DNA of 64,000 nt from an uncultured cyanobacterium (GTDB lineage: Bacteria; Cyanobacteriota; Cyanobacteriia; Cyanobacteriales; Cyanobacteriaceae). Below are positions 22,671 through 34,690 of the stretch, piece by piece; position 1 is the first letter of the stretch, and each line of letters opens with the position of its first letter. A model generated the notes under the pieces. The model saw only the letters and a list, made by a program, of their open reading frames with translations. It had not been told where the DNA came from and made no database searches. The translations under genes were made by a program, and so were the position numbers. The stretch covers positions 1,216,001 to 1,280,000 of the forward strand of contig CAVQBA010000004.1 of the NCBI GenBank assembly GCA_963710605.1. The letters are read 5' to 3'.

Positions 22671-23996
22671 GTGAATATAATTAATCTGCCCAACCATCAT
22701 CAATATCATATTACTGTCGGAGAGCAGGATATATACGATCATTTGTTGGATTGTGTGCAAACACAACATCCTCAACAAGTACTGGGAAGATTTCATCGTC
22801 TGTTTATCGAAACTAAAAGTTATGACAATCAAGAAGTACTAAATATACTCGCCACAATTATTAGTAGCCCTCTGGCAGAGCAAACTTTTTCATCTATTTT
22901 GAATCGTTGTTGTCATATTTTAATTAATCCTTGGCAGTTACAAGTTAATACCCAAAATTATATTACCAAGTTAGTAGATTTATTTGAGTCTATACCTGAG
23001 ATAGTCAATACACGTAAAAGTAAAACTTATTCAGGTAGAATGATTCAGTTAGTCAGAAAATTTTTGGAAACTGATTATTATGTACAATTAAAACGTTTAT
23101 CCACTATTGTCGTTCAAAATCAAGAGCGGAAAATTAATGTCGGTAAAAAACAAGAAACTTTAGGTAATTTAATTATCCGTTATCCTTATTTATATGACCA
23201 TTGCCTCTTAACTCATGATAGTGGTAATGAGCAAAAACAAACTGTTTATGAGGTTAAAAATAAGATTGAGCGTAAATTTGAGTCTCAATTATCAAAGTTT
23301 GTCACTTATCAAATCAGAGTAGCACAAGTAGGAAAAGAAAAGATTATTATACCTACCACTGATTATAGAGAATCAAAAATTATCCAACCTGTGAAAAATC
23401 CTACCTTATTAAGCGATCGAGATTTAGGTAAAACTTTAAAGCATTTTGTCGGACCAATAAAAAACGGTAATTCTTATCAAGACTTATCCCGTAGTTTTGT
23501 TCATCATAGCAACGATATTCGCAATTATCAATTATTTAAAGATGATTTGTATGAATATGTCATGCAATCGATCGATGGAAAATATGCAAACAATACATTT
23601 AATAAGCGTTTATATCAAAAAATGCAACAAATGTATCCAGGGCGTAACAATAGTAAACCAGATGAGTTTTTAAGAATGCGTACTTATAGTCAATTATTTA
23701 ATTATTTGATTGTAGATAGCCATAGTAATCCTAATCATTTAGTTTTCATGGATATGATTAGTAATATGGGTACAACGAAAACGATCGGTGTAATGCTTAA
23801 ATTAGCCTTACTTTGTGGTAAAGCTAAACCGTATATTGAGAAAAAGTTTTCAATTCTTTTTAATCATTATGAATCTTTTAACAAAGATGGTGCAGGCTGG
23901 CTAGTTAGAAGTTTAGAAAAACTCAATGTTGCTTTTAGTTCTAATTTTGGTAAATTAGATACGTCTTATTTAAGAAGAATTTATCGTCAAAGTTAA
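22671..23996 (+). CDS. Hypothetical soluble protein (441 aa)
   Basis: Long ORF with host-like codon usage; no motif I can assign. Confidence 0.7.
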   Translation: MNIINLPNHHQYHITVGEQDIYDHLLDCVQTQHPQQVLGRFHRLFIETKSYDNQEVLNILATIISSPLAEQTFSSILNRCCHILINPWQLQVNTQNYITKLVDLFESIPEIVNTRKSKTYSGRMIQLVRKFLETDYYVQLKRLSTIVVQNQERKINVGKKQETLGNLIIRYPYLYDHCLLTHDSGNEQKQTVYEVKNKIERKFESQLSKFVTYQIRVAQVGKEKIIIPTTDYRESKIIQPVKNPTLLSDRDLGKTLKHFVGPIKNGNSYQDLSRSFVHHSNDIRNYQLFKDDLYEYVMQSIDGKYANNTFNKRLYQKMQQMYPGRNNSKPDEFLRMRTYSQLFNYLIVDSHSNPNHLVFMDMISNMGTTKTIGVMLKLALLCGKAKPYIEKKFSILFNHYESFNKDGAGWLVRSLEKLNVAFSSNFGKLDTSYLRRIYRQS

Positions 23997-24105
23997 AAAA
24001 AAAATCGACAACTATAGTTATTTTAACTCCGACTGAGACAGCCAAAATCAACAATAAAAAAAATGAGTTGTTTAACCACCACTTTAATTTAAACTCTTGA
24101 ATCTA

Positions 24106-26160
24106 TTAACTAACTTTAAAGGTTTCCACAGAAGACTGTAATTGACGTGCTTTATCAACAGTATCAATTAGAGAGTTAGCCACCTCAGTTGAAGAATTAG
24201 AACTAATTTGAGCAATTTGAGCAATTTCTTTCATCAAATTAGCTACCTCAGTTGAAGTTTTCGTTTGAGAAACAGTAGCCCCACTAATCGATTTTAATAA
24301 CTGATTTATTTCCCCCGAAACTAAAGTAATTTCACCAAAACCTTTTTTCGCTTCTTCTACTAGTTTTGTACTTTTAACGACTTGTGTTGTACCATCTTCC
24401 ATTGCTTGTACGACACTACTGGTTTCTTTTTGAATTGCTTCAACAATTTGTTCAATTTCTTTAGTTGCTACCGCCGATTGTGCCGCTAATTGCCCGACTT
24501 CTTCAGCTACTACAGCAAATCCTCTACCTTCTTCTCCTGCCCGTGCGGCTTCAATTGAAGCATTAATTGCTAATAGGTTGGTTTGTAAAGCAATTTGATT
24601 GATTAAAGAAATAACCTTAGAAATCTGTTGAGAAGACTCTCCTAAACGTTTAACTTTTTTCGCTGTTTCCCCTACTGTTTCTCTTAATTCGACAATACTT
24701 TGTACTGTTTTATCGATCGTTACTTCCCCGGTTTTAGCTGTATTTGAAGCTAATTGAGCAACCTTAGCCGCCGATTGAGTATTTTGAGCAACTTGGCGAA
24801 TTGAGCGAGTCATTGTTTCCACAGATTCAAGCATTTGCTGAATTTTTTGGGATTGATTAATTGACTCTCTAGCTAATTGAGCAATTTCTTCTTCATCATT
24901 AATCAATGATTTATTTACCTTAATTGTTGTCTGTTTTACTTGGGTTACTAACTCTCGTAAACTTTCGACAATCGAATTAAAAAAGTCGGCAACAATCCCA
25001 ATTTCTCCATCACTAATTTTAGCCCTAACTGTCAAATCTCCACCAGAGACACCTTCAACATCACTAAGTAAAGAAAGTAAATCATTTTGAATCACTTCTC
25101 TTTGTTTTGTTTGCTCAGTTGCTAAGTTTTCTGCCTCTTGTTTAGCTATTTCTACTTGTTGTAAGGTACTTTTTTGCTCTTCTAACAACAACCTTACTTG
25201 ACTAACTAGATTATTAAAATTGTTATTTAAAGTAACTGCTTCTAAATTTCCTCCTACCTCAGATACCTTATCTAAATTACCTGCTGAAACTTCTCGGGCA
25301 TTATTTGCTAATTGAGTAAACGGTTTTGATAATTGATTAGAAAGATAAAAAATAGTAGTTGTAATTAGTAATGCCAAAATAGTCGTAATAACTAAAAGAA
25401 TACTTATTAATTCACCACCTTGTGTTTGTAGTTGTGCTTCATCAATCGATGAAATCGAAACAAAAGGTGTATTAGGATTAGTGGCGATATAATAACGCTT
25501 ATCTAAATAAGCAAATTCGGCGATTAAACCATTATCATTTTGATTAGCTTGATTAGCTGAGGAATTAATAGATGATAAATCTAATTCATTTATGCCATCA
25601 TATTTTTCGGCTATTATTTGGGCATCAACTGCATTGTTTTCATCTGAAGTATTATTTAATCTATTTTGTTGAGATGTAACTAAATCTCGAGCTAGATTCA
25701 AAACTGTTTCGCCACCAACAATCGTTTGATTAGTCGTATTATCATCTTTAGTAATATTTCGAGTAACAGTACCGTTTTCAAGATTGACAATTTGAATAGT
25801 TTGTGTATCAGTAATACCGCTTTGTTGCAAATAATTTATTACAGATTCATTATCATTATTACGGGCTAAAACAGCTTGATTTTCTATTTTGTCTTCTAAC
25901 TCATGCTCTAACTCTTCATGCACTATCCAATAACTAATACCACTAATAATAACTAAAGGCGTTAATACAGTTGGTAAAACCGTCATTAATAGTTGAGTGC
26001 GGATTTTTCGATCGGCTTGAAAAGGACTTATTTTTTGCCAAAAATTTCTTTTTTGAGGAGGAATAGCTTGATTTGGCTGATTGTCATCCAGATTATTTTC
26101 AACTAAAAAGCCAGTTTCTGAAGATTGATTGTTAGTAGATTCGGAGTTAGTACTTAACAT
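24106..26160 (-). CDS. Methyl-accepting chemotaxis protein (PilJ-like)
   Basis: Two TM, HAMP, MA domain '[33 protein letters not shown]'. Confidence 0.92.
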   Translation of the reverse strand: MLSTNSESTNNQSSETGFLVENNLDDNQPNQAIPPQKRNFWQKISPFQADRKIRTQLLMTVLPTVLTPLVIISGISYWIVHEELEHELEDKIENQAVLARNNDNESVINYLQQSGITDTQTIQIVNLENGTVTRNITKDDNTTNQTIVGGETVLNLARDLVTSQQNRLNNTSDENNAVDAQIIAEKYDGINELDLSSINSSANQANQNDNGLIAEFAYLDKRYYIATNPNTPFVSISSIDEAQLQTQGGELISILLVITTILALLITTTIFYLSNQLSKPFTQLANNAREVSAGNLDKVSEVGGNLEAVTLNNNFNNLVSQVRLLLEEQKSTLQQVEIAKQEAENLATEQTKQREVIQNDLLSLLSDVEGVSGGDLTVRAKISDGEIGIVADFFNSIVESLRELVTQVKQTTIKVNKSLINDEEEIAQLARESINQSQKIQQMLESVETMTRSIRQVAQNTQSAAKVAQLASNTAKTGEVTIDKTVQSIVELRETVGETAKKVKRLGESSQQISKVISLINQIALQTNLLAINASIEAARAGEEGRGFAVVAEEVGQLAAQSAVATKEIEQIVEAIQKETSSVVQAMEDGTTQVVKSTKLVEEAKKGFGEITLVSGEINQLLKSISGATVSQTKTSTEVANLMKEIAQIAQISSNSSTEVANSLIDTVDKARQLQSSVETFKVS

Positions 26161-26504
26161 TAATTACTATGGATAAAATTTGATGTAAACGGGTTTTCCA
26201 ATTAATATAATTGATTACAAATACATGACAAATAGCTGAAACAATTGTTTGCTTTATCTATTCATAATTTATTAACTATTATAAATTTCAGGAATAATTT
26301 GAGCCAACAATTAACAATTATACAATTAATTCTTCATTATAATAAATAATACGATAAACAAATATTTAATTTAAATAAAAACAATTACTGATAGCTTAAA
26401 TATTAATTTTTTTATAAATCTTAATTAATATTATATTTATATCATAAGAAAGAAGAAACTAATAATTTTAAGACTAAAACAAATATTAATAATTACTAGT
26501 TTCA

Positions 26505-26981
26505 TTAATATACCGATTGATATTCGGTAATAGCAATAGCGTCCAAGATATAAATTAGTTTACCCTCATCTACAACCCAACCATTCAGATAGGGAATAAT
26601 AGATTCAGAAATATCATCCCACGAAGATTGTATTTGATTAGACGTAATACGAGTTACACCCTTTATCTGTTTTACTACCAAACCAACAAAAATATTATTT
26701 ATCTCCATAAAAGCAATGTTATATTCTCTCGCACCTTTGCAATTAAAATCTAAACTTAACAATAAAGGTAAATCAATCAACCAATAAATACCATTACGCT
26801 GATTAATAAGCCCCATAACACATGGGGGCATATTGGGAATACGGCTTACTTGTTCACTATTAATAACTAAAACTTCTTGAGCATATTTCATCGGCAACAA
26901 ACCTTGAGTCTGATTATCTAGTTGTAGCCTTAGATAAGACTCTCCTAAATTTTGAGGTGTTTGAGTTGAGGAGAAAGTCAT
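26505..26981 (-). CDS. cheW: CheW-like coupling protein
   Basis: 'IPNMPPCVMGLINQRNGIYWLIDL', 'GLVV.QIKGV'. Confidence 0.85.
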   Translation of the reverse strand: MTFSSTQTPQNLGESYLRLQLDNQTQGLLPMKYAQEVLVINSEQVSRIPNMPPCVMGLINQRNGIYWLIDLPLLLSLDFNCKGAREYNIAFMEINNIFVGLVVKQIKGVTRITSNQIQSSWDDISESIIPYLNGWVVDEGKLIYILDAIAITEYQSVY

Positions 26982-27011
26982 AGTAAATAGCTTTAGTATT
27001 TGTGTTTTGAT

Positions 27012-27371
27012 TTAGATGACTGATTTAACAGCAGTAAGAATTTCGTCTTGAGTATAAGGTTTTGTAATATATATATCAACTCCTTGTCTCATTGCCCACA
27101 TTTTATCAATGTCTAAACTTTTAGATGAGCAAGCGATGATGGGTAAATTTTTGGTATTCGGATTTTTTTTCAAACTACGGCATAATTCTAAACCGCTCAT
27201 TTCTTCCATTACTAAGTCGGTAATTAATAAATTAGGTTTTTGTGCCAAAACTTTTCTTAAACCTTCTTTTCCTGTGTTAGCTGTAATTACTTTATAACCT
27301 CCTTCGGTTAAATAATTTTTCATTAATTCCATTTGTGATACCGTATCTTCTACAACCAAAATAGTAATCAT
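27012..27371 (-). CDS. CheY/PilH-like single-domain response regulator
   Basis: 'ILVVED', 'TDLVM..MSGLELCR', 'WAMRQG', 'KPY'. Confidence 0.85.
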   Translation of the reverse strand: MITILVVEDTVSQMELMKNYLTEGGYKVITANTGKEGLRKVLAQKPNLLITDLVMEEMSGLELCRSLKKNPNTKNLPIIACSSKSLDIDKMWAMRQGVDIYITKPYTQDEILTAVKSVI

Positions 27372-28069
27372 AATATTTTTTGGTGATTAATTGTTATTGA
27401 GTAATTTATTGAAGAATATTAAAGACTTTAATTTTCTATTTTTTCTTATTTAGACAAAATATTAGATAGTTTTTCCAGTTTAAGAATAAAAGCGAAAAAT
27501 TATTTTTGTTCGACATAAAAACGTTGTTTACATTTAATTACCACTTAAATATCGAAAAGCAATTTCTAATAAATCGTCTTGAGTAAAAGGTTTATTCATA
27601 TAATCTGTCGCACCAGACATTTTTGCCTTCGCTCGGTTAATAATACCAGTGTTACTAGTAAGCATGATTATCGGTATATTTTTAAAAATTGCATTTTTTC
27701 TTAGTAAAGAGCAAAGCTGATAACCATCAATTAATGGCATACTTATATCCATAAAAATCAAATCAGGCTTGATTCGATTCATTAACATCATCGCTTTAGG
27801 GGCATTATTAATCGGATAGACAAAAATATTATCTTGATTTAAAAATTCTTTAATCGAATCAAGTACCGTTGGGCTATCATCAATACAAGCGATTTTATAT
27901 GTTTTTAAAGTTTGTTCTATTTTACTCACGGGTAAAATACTTTCAGGTATTTTTTCTTCTTGTTTTTTCGGCAGGGCGATCGCTTTTTTGGCACTATTTT
28001 CGGTTAGTTTTATTAATTTTTCTAACGGGCTTTTCGGTTCTCTTAAAATGATCAGTTTTTTCTGGATTA

Positions 28070-28905
28070 GATAGTGTCGTCAAATTAAAATAATTCTGCT
28101 ATAGTTAATTTATATTGACCTAAAAGGAGAATCAATGAAAGCGCATCGACGGCATGATATTTCAGATAGATTATGGAAATTATTAGAACCACACTTACCA
28201 GGAAGTAAAGGTAGTGTAGGTCGTCCCGCATCAAATAACCGATTGTTCATTAATGCGGTCTTCTGGATATTACGCACAGGTGCTCCTTGGCGAGACTTAC
28301 CGCCAGATCTTGGAGATTGGAAAAATACGCAACGTCGTTTCTGTCGTTGGCGCGATCGAGGTGTGTGGGAAGCGTTACTAGAAATTTTTATCGATCAGCC
28401 TGATTATGAATGGCTGATGATCGATGCCTCTCATTGTAAAGTGCATCCTCATGCGGCAGGAGCTAAAGGCGGAAACCAAGACATGGAACGTACAAAAGGG
28501 GGCTCAACACAAAGATACATCTGGCCGTGGATGCGCATGGTATGCCGGTCAGAGCGATTGTTACGTCAGGTACCGTTGCAGATTGCACACAGGCTTTCGC
28601 TTTAATCGATCAAATCAGTGCCGAACATCTGTTAGCGGATAAAGGATATGACTCAAATGCGATCGTAGAGCAGGCGCTTAAACAAGGAATCAAAGCAGAA
28701 ATTCCACCCAAAAAGAACCGAATAGAGCAGCGCAAATATGATAAAGAACTCTATAAATTACGACATTTAGTCGAAAATGCTTTTTTACATCTCAAGCGGT
28801 GGCGAGGTATTGCAACCCGTTATGCGAAACACACCAGCTCATTCTTAGCTGCCGTACAAATAAAATGTATTGAGTTATGGAGTAAAATAATTTGACGACA
28901 CTATC
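28070..28905 (+). mobile_element. IS5-family (IS427-group-like) insertion sequence, 836 bp, TA target duplication
   Basis: Perfect terminal IRs GATAGTGTCGTCAAATT / AATTTGACGACACTATC; TA at 28068-69 and 28906-07. Confidence 0.9.
28135..28895 (+). CDS. IS5-family DDE transposase in two ORFs joined by a probable -1 frameshift
   Basis: ORFA 'WILRTGAPWRDLP', ORFB 'LADKGYDS...RHLVENAF.HLKRWRGIATRY'; slippery AAAAGGGGG at 28494-28502. Confidence 0.85.
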
Positions 28906-29940
28906 TAAGGGATATAATCTTTGTACTACTGTTAATTCATCTATATTTAATAAAGCGGCTAATTCTCGAAAGTTAAATCCTTTTAAAATTTTACCTAATT
29001 TATCTCGATCGAAAGTAGATAATTGTATTTGAGAAGAATTATCGGTATTAGTTAAACCAGTAGTCAGATATGGGCGTTGATAAGTTGAGTTTATTTCAGG
29101 CACAAATTCTTGCCATTTAGTTAAATTTACCTGTGAATCTTTGATTACTTCTTGAAGACTATGCTCACAAATATTAGGGATTTTGCATTCGTAAATTTTG
29201 ACTTGAGTTCGAGAAATTTTTTTAATTAATAATAACGATTCAATAATTTCTTGGCTAATTTTTTTCCCTAATAAGCTTAATTGCTCGCTATTTAAATATT
29301 TATTTTTAGCTAACCAAATAATTTTATTAAATTCTTCTTTTAGTTTTTGCTTACTTGAATTAGTATCTTCTTGATCTATTTTTAAGTTTAATTTATTCCA
29401 AATACTTTTAATGTTAGGTACTTGATGACTTATCTGTTTCAAATGTCTTTCTAAAATACTGTTACTTAAAATAGAATTTGTTGCATACAGTAACTGATTT
29501 CCTTTTAAATAAAAACTATATTTACTAGAATTATGCACAAACTCCACTGCCAAGTTTGTTTGTGATAATGCCGCTTTTTGTAAATATTGGATTGGATTAA
29601 CTGTATTATTACCTGCTATAACCATACTCTCTAATTAATAGCGATTATTTTTCAAAAATAGTTGTGTTTGTTGTTTTTTCATCTCATAATTTATGATAGT
29701 AGCTCAATATTAGTAACTAAATAGTATTAATTTTATCGATCGTAAATTAGACGATCGTTTTGAGATAGTGTTGTTAAAGTCCTCGCAGTAAATAAGAACA
29801 TTATATTATCTATCTTAAATTTAATTTTTTTAGCTTGAAATCAAAGTATAAACCACTTCATCATATTAGAATAGATTTCCTCTTCACTAACAAAATCTAT
29901 CAACGATTAAAATTATTAATTAGTTTGATTGATTAAAATA

Positions 29941-31107
29941 TTATTGGCATAAAGATAAATCTAATTTATCGAGACAATTATTTTTTTCTTCTTTTGTCAA
30001 GTCTTCAATTTTAATATCTCTTCTTAAAACCATACCGTTATGCCCGATTAATAAGCGAGGTAGTTTTTCAGAGGCAACTATTTCAAATTTAGGTAAACTA
30101 TAAGTGGTATAACGAGTCAAGTCACGATCGTCAAAATTAACATCAACTACTGTAATTGTCTTCATAGGAGCAGTTGAGTCTTCGATTAACAAACGTGAAC
30201 CGCCTCCTAATGCCCCAGTATGTAATAACTGTAACTCTCCTTTATGGGCAGGATAATAGGCGTGATGATGACCGCTAATATAAGTATGTACGTTATGTTT
30301 TTCGAGCATGGTACGCAACCCTTCGGCATTATTTAAAACTTCACCCGGTGTATTTCTACCTTCAGCGACGGCATATAAAGGTAAATGCCCAATCAAAATT
30401 TTCATTTTAGCGTTATTTGCTTCACTACTATCAAGGCTTTTTTCTACCCATGCTAAGTTGTCATCACTGATACGACTAGACGAACCATCCCAAACTAGAA
30501 AGAAAATATCGTCTTGCTTGAAAGTATAATAAAAAGGAAACTGATCACGATCGATAAAATCAAGTTGAGGATCATTTTTCGGGTTTTGCCAATATTCAAC
30601 TGCTAAATCTCTTTCTTGCTGAAATAAAAATTTACTTTTATCAAAAGCAATAGCACTAGAAGCATCATGGTTACCCACAGTAAAACCAAACGGTATCTTT
30701 AAGTCTCTAATTGGTTGAGCAACATAACGATCGAAACTTTGCCACATAGCTCGTATTTGAGTTGGTGTCAATGAAGGTTTTTGCCCTGCAATCATATCAC
30801 CACTACACAAAACCAAATCAGGTTGCCAAAACGGAATCATTTTGATGGCTAAATGTACTTCATCATCATATTCAGTTGAACCATAAGCACTATTAAGATC
30901 ACTAATTACTAATAATCTTACATCACCTTTGTTTTCAGGTTGCTTAATGTTATGTTGCTCAACAATTTTTTGTATTTCCAAAGGCAACTTTGTTTGAGTT
31001 TGAAAGTTGTTGGCTTGTGATTTTCCAGAATCAAATTGAGTAAATATTATCAGCATAAAACTAATCAAGCTAATAATAATAAATATCAACAATTGTGTTT
31101 TTTTCAT
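29941..31107 (-). CDS. Secreted calcineurin-like metallophosphoesterase
   Basis: Signal/TM, then 'ISDLN', 'GD', 'GNHD', 'GHLP', 'SGHHH'. Confidence 0.85.
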   Translation of the reverse strand: MKKTQLLIFIIISLISFMLIIFTQFDSGKSQANNFQTQTKLPLEIQKIVEQHNIKQPENKGDVRLLVISDLNSAYGSTEYDDEVHLAIKMIPFWQPDLVLCSGDMIAGQKPSLTPTQIRAMWQSFDRYVAQPIRDLKIPFGFTVGNHDASSAIAFDKSKFLFQQERDLAVEYWQNPKNDPQLDFIDRDQFPFYYTFKQDDIFFLVWDGSSSRISDDNLAWVEKSLDSSEANNAKMKILIGHLPLYAVAEGRNTPGEVLNNAEGLRTMLEKHNVHTYISGHHHAYYPAHKGELQLLHTGALGGGSRLLIEDSTAPMKTITVVDVNFDDRDLTRYTTYSLPKFEIVASEKLPRLLIGHNGMVLRRDIKIEDLTKEEKNNCLDKLDLSLCQ

Positions 31108-31322
31108 TTGTGACTAATAGAGTATCAATTGTCAACTAACAGTTAAACACATAATCAAGTATAAAGTAATAACTCAATCAACAATTCTGACAATATTATT
31201 AGGATTATCTTCTGCTAAATCATTAAATTTCATGTACTTAGATTAAACAAATTAAATTAGGTCATAAAAATGCTGTTAATATTAAAATCATCAAAATATT
31301 TATCATTTAAATTAAGAGTGGA

Positions 31323-33936
31323 ATGTCAGTTATATCTCCCCCTGTTGCTCTAAATTATCCTTTAAGACTGGTTAACGATCGTTTATCTTCTTTTACCACT
31401 AACGTATTTGTTGACGATCGATTAACTTTAACATTTGGTAATACGATCGATACACAATTTTACCGAGAGTTATGGAATAGTCCAGATTTTGCTTTAGAGT
31501 CAGTAATAGAAATTCGATCGTCACCGGAATTAAACGGTGCTAACGGGGCTTTTTCTCGTGATACAGGTAAAATTTACATAGCTGAAGAATATTTAGAACA
31601 ACAATTCTTCCCCCCTTTCAAAGGGGGGTTAGGGGGGATAGAGCCTTCACAAGGAGCGATCGATAACATCGTCTCTCTCATTCTCGAAGAATACGGACAT
31701 CTAATTGATGCACAAGTAAATTCTGTTGAAACTGTTGGAGATGAAGGAGCGATTTTTGCACTTTTAGTAAAAGGCGAAACAATAACCACACAGCAATTAG
31801 AAACTCTACAAAGTGAAGATGATACCGCAAGTATTGTTTTAGATGGAGAAACTATTCTCATCGAGCAAATTACCCTGACACAAGATCCAGGTAATAGACC
31901 TGGTGATGCTTATGATGTTGGTCTTCTTAATACAGAACAAAGTTTTAGCCAGACAGTTACTCAAGTTGACGCAACTGATTATTATCGATTTAGCTTAAAT
32001 AATTTTAGTCAAGTAAGTATCTCTTTAACTGAATCAACAGGAAATGGTGTAGTCTCTATTGTGCAAGATGTTAATAATAATGGCATCACAGATTCAGGAG
32101 AATCAATTTACAATGTGAGTTCTTTTTCCGATCAAGGAGTGGTCAATTTAAATAGTGGTATTTATTTTGCCAGAGTTGCGATAGTTGGTAATAGTGATGC
32201 AACTAACTATGACTTGAATTTAAGCGGTACAGCTCTCGATAATCCTAATCCTCCCGTCAATCCAGGTAATAGACCGAGCGATGCTTATGATGTTGGTATT
32301 CTCAATGCACCACAAAGTTTTAGCCAGACGGTTTCTCAAGTTGATACAGATGATTATTACCGCTTCAGCTTAAATGATTTTAGTCAAGTAAGTATCTCTT
32401 TAACTGAATCAACAGGAAATGGTGTAGTCTCTATTGTGCAAGATGTTAATAATAATGGCATCACAGATTCAGGAGAATCAATTTACAATGTGAGTTCTTT
32501 TTCCGATCAAGGAGTGGTCAATTTAAATAGCGGTACTTATTTTGCCAGAGTTGCGATAGTTGGTAATAGTGATGCAACTAGCTATGACTTGAATTTAAGC
32601 GGTACAGCTCTCGATAATCCCAATCCTCCCGTCAATCCAGGTAATTCACCAAGGGAAGCTTACAATCTTGGTCTTTTGAATACACCACAAAGTTTTAGCC
32701 AAACAGTTACTCAAGTTGACGCAACTGATTATTATCGATTTAGCTTAGATGATTTTAGCCAAGTAAGTATCTCTTTAACCGAATCAACGGGAAATGGTGT
32801 AGTCTCTATTGTACAAGATGCTAATAATAATGGCATCAGGGATTCAGGAGAATCAATTTATAATGTTGAGTTCTTTTTCCGATCAAGGGATGGTCAATTT
32901 AAATAGCGGTACTTATTTTGCCGAGTTGCGTATTGGTAATAGTGATGCAACTAGCTATGACTTGAATTTAAGCGGTACAGCTATCAATAATCTTAATCCT
33001 CCCGTCAATCCGGGTAATTCACCAAGGGAAGCTTACAATCTTGGTATTCTCAACACACCACAGAATATTAGCCAGACAGTTACTCTAATTGATAGAACTG
33101 ATTATTACCGATTTACTTTATATTATAGTAGTCAAGTAAGTTTATCTTTATCTGAATCAACTGGAAATGGTGCAGTCTTTATTGTGCAGGATGTCAATAA
33201 TAATGGCATTAGTGATTCAGGAGAATCAATTTATAATGTTGGTTCTTTTAGCGATCAAGGGGTAGTCAATTTAGATAGTGGTACTTATTTGCCTAAGTGC
33301 TTAGTTGGTAATAGTGATGCAACTAGCTATGACTTGAATTTAAGTGGTATAGCTCTCAATAATAATTTAACTTTAGTACAGGGAACGGCACAAATTGCTT
33401 ATGTAGCCTATTACGGTCGTCCTGCTGACCCCGGTGGTTTGGATTATTGGAACGGACGTTTAGGTGATGAAAGAATCAACTATTCTCCTCGTAGCGGAGA
33501 CACTCTCACCGATTCTGAGCGAAGTGTTTATAACGAGTTGGTTTCAGGTTTCGGTAATGTCGAGGAAGCTAATCGAATTTTTGATAGTTTAAATAATCGT
33601 CAAAAAGTAAATCAGGTTTATCAGTTTGCTTTTAATCGTGATGGAGATTCAGGTGGTTTGGATTATTGGACTAACCAAATCGATCGAGGTTTTGTCAACC
33701 TAACTACTTTCGCCTTAGAAGTGGCATTGGGTGCACAAAACCAAGATTTTGAAGTCTTGGCAAATAAAATTGAGAGTGCCGATTTATTTTCTCGAGGAGT
33801 TGAGACTAATCCAGATGGCAGTGCTTATTCTGGCTCTAGAGGCGAAATTTTTGGTCGTGATTGGTTAGCAGGTTATGGCAATACAGTTGCTACCATAGCT
33901 AATGTTGATACTGCTTTAAGCGAATTAAACAGTTAA
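31323..33936 (+). CDS. Cell-surface protein with four ~125-aa PPC-like repeats and a C-terminal DUF4214-like domain; frameshift near 32866
   Basis: Repeats 'PGN.P..AY..G.L...DYYRFSL'; C-terminal 'AYVAYYGRPADPGGLDYW' and 'FNRDGDSGGLDYW'; one extra T versus the sister repeats splits the ORF. Confidence 0.75.
31887..33357 (+). repeat. Four tandem ~375-bp intragenic repeats
   Basis: Units start CC(A/G)GGTAAT at 31887, 32262, 32637 and 33010; long identical stretches. Confidence 0.9.
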
Positions 33937-34030
33937 ACATATTCGATCGTAAGGTGATTTCTAAATCATAAAAATACTAGTAGCCATTACCATAACTTTT
34001 TTTAATTCTAACTCCCCTCTCCTCGCAGGA

Positions 34031-34133
34031 GCGGTCAGACCCCGCTCAGGAGCGTAAGACGCAAGCGGTGAGACCCCGCGACGACTATAAGTCGCAAGGG
34101 AATGCTCACCAAGACGGGAACGCTGACCAAGAC
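34031..34133. repeat. Nested structured mini-repeat (one unit inside another), locus 1
   Basis: Outer GCGGTCAG..CCC...GGG..CTGACCAAGAC contains inner GCGGTGAG..CCC GCGAC..GTCGC AA GGG..CTCACCAAGAC (34065-34115). Confidence 0.8.
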
Positions 34134-34297
34134 AGAGGGGCTGGGGGTGAGGTAGGAGCAAAAATGATTTTTTTCTTCGATCGTTAATTATTGATTATCG
34201 TTTGTGATCGTGTTACATTCGATCGGGTAAATTAAGCCATAATAGTGTTAATATTTTGTAACAAATAGTTATCACACCTTTTTATTTTTTTTTAAGT

Positions 34298-34675
34298 ATG
34301 TCTTATTATTTACCAGAGCCACCGATCGGGTTATTATTTTTTGGTTTTTTTATCGGGATTACCTGTGGTTTCGCTTTTGATGCAGCTTTAAAACAACAAG
34401 TTAGATCGTGGCAAAATGAAGTTCAAACAGGTCAAAATACCGATTTAGCTAAGATGTCGCAATTTTTACTTCCATTTGCTGGAGTTTGTATTGGTATTTG
34501 TATTTTTCTCACCGCTGGTTTAGAGATTTTTATTTATAACCGAGCGATTTCCTTTGCTGTAGCCGCACCTTTAACTCTTCTAACTGCGGGATTAGTTTGG
34601 ACACAGTTAAGAAAATTAATCACCCAACTACTAGAAGGTGGCTCTAAAGCTCTTGATTTGGACGCTTTCTTTTAA
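34298..34675 (+). CDS. Hypothetical three-TM membrane protein
   Basis: Hydrophobic segments, C-terminal 'GGSKALDLD'. Confidence 0.7.
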   Translation: MSYYLPEPPIGLLFFGFFIGITCGFAFDAALKQQVRSWQNEVQTGQNTDLAKMSQFLLPFAGVCIGICIFLTAGLEIFIYNRAISFAVAAPLTLLTAGLVWTQLRKLITQLLEGGSKALDLDAFF

Positions 34676-34690
34676 TTAGTAATTTATAAT

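Larger units (their letters stand above)
27534..29625 (-). pseudogene. PatA/PilG-type response regulator interrupted by an IS5-family element
   Basis: Removing 28070-28905 plus one TA restores the frame ...QRLYPL|IQKKLIILREP...KIACIDDSP (REC domain). Confidence 0.85.
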
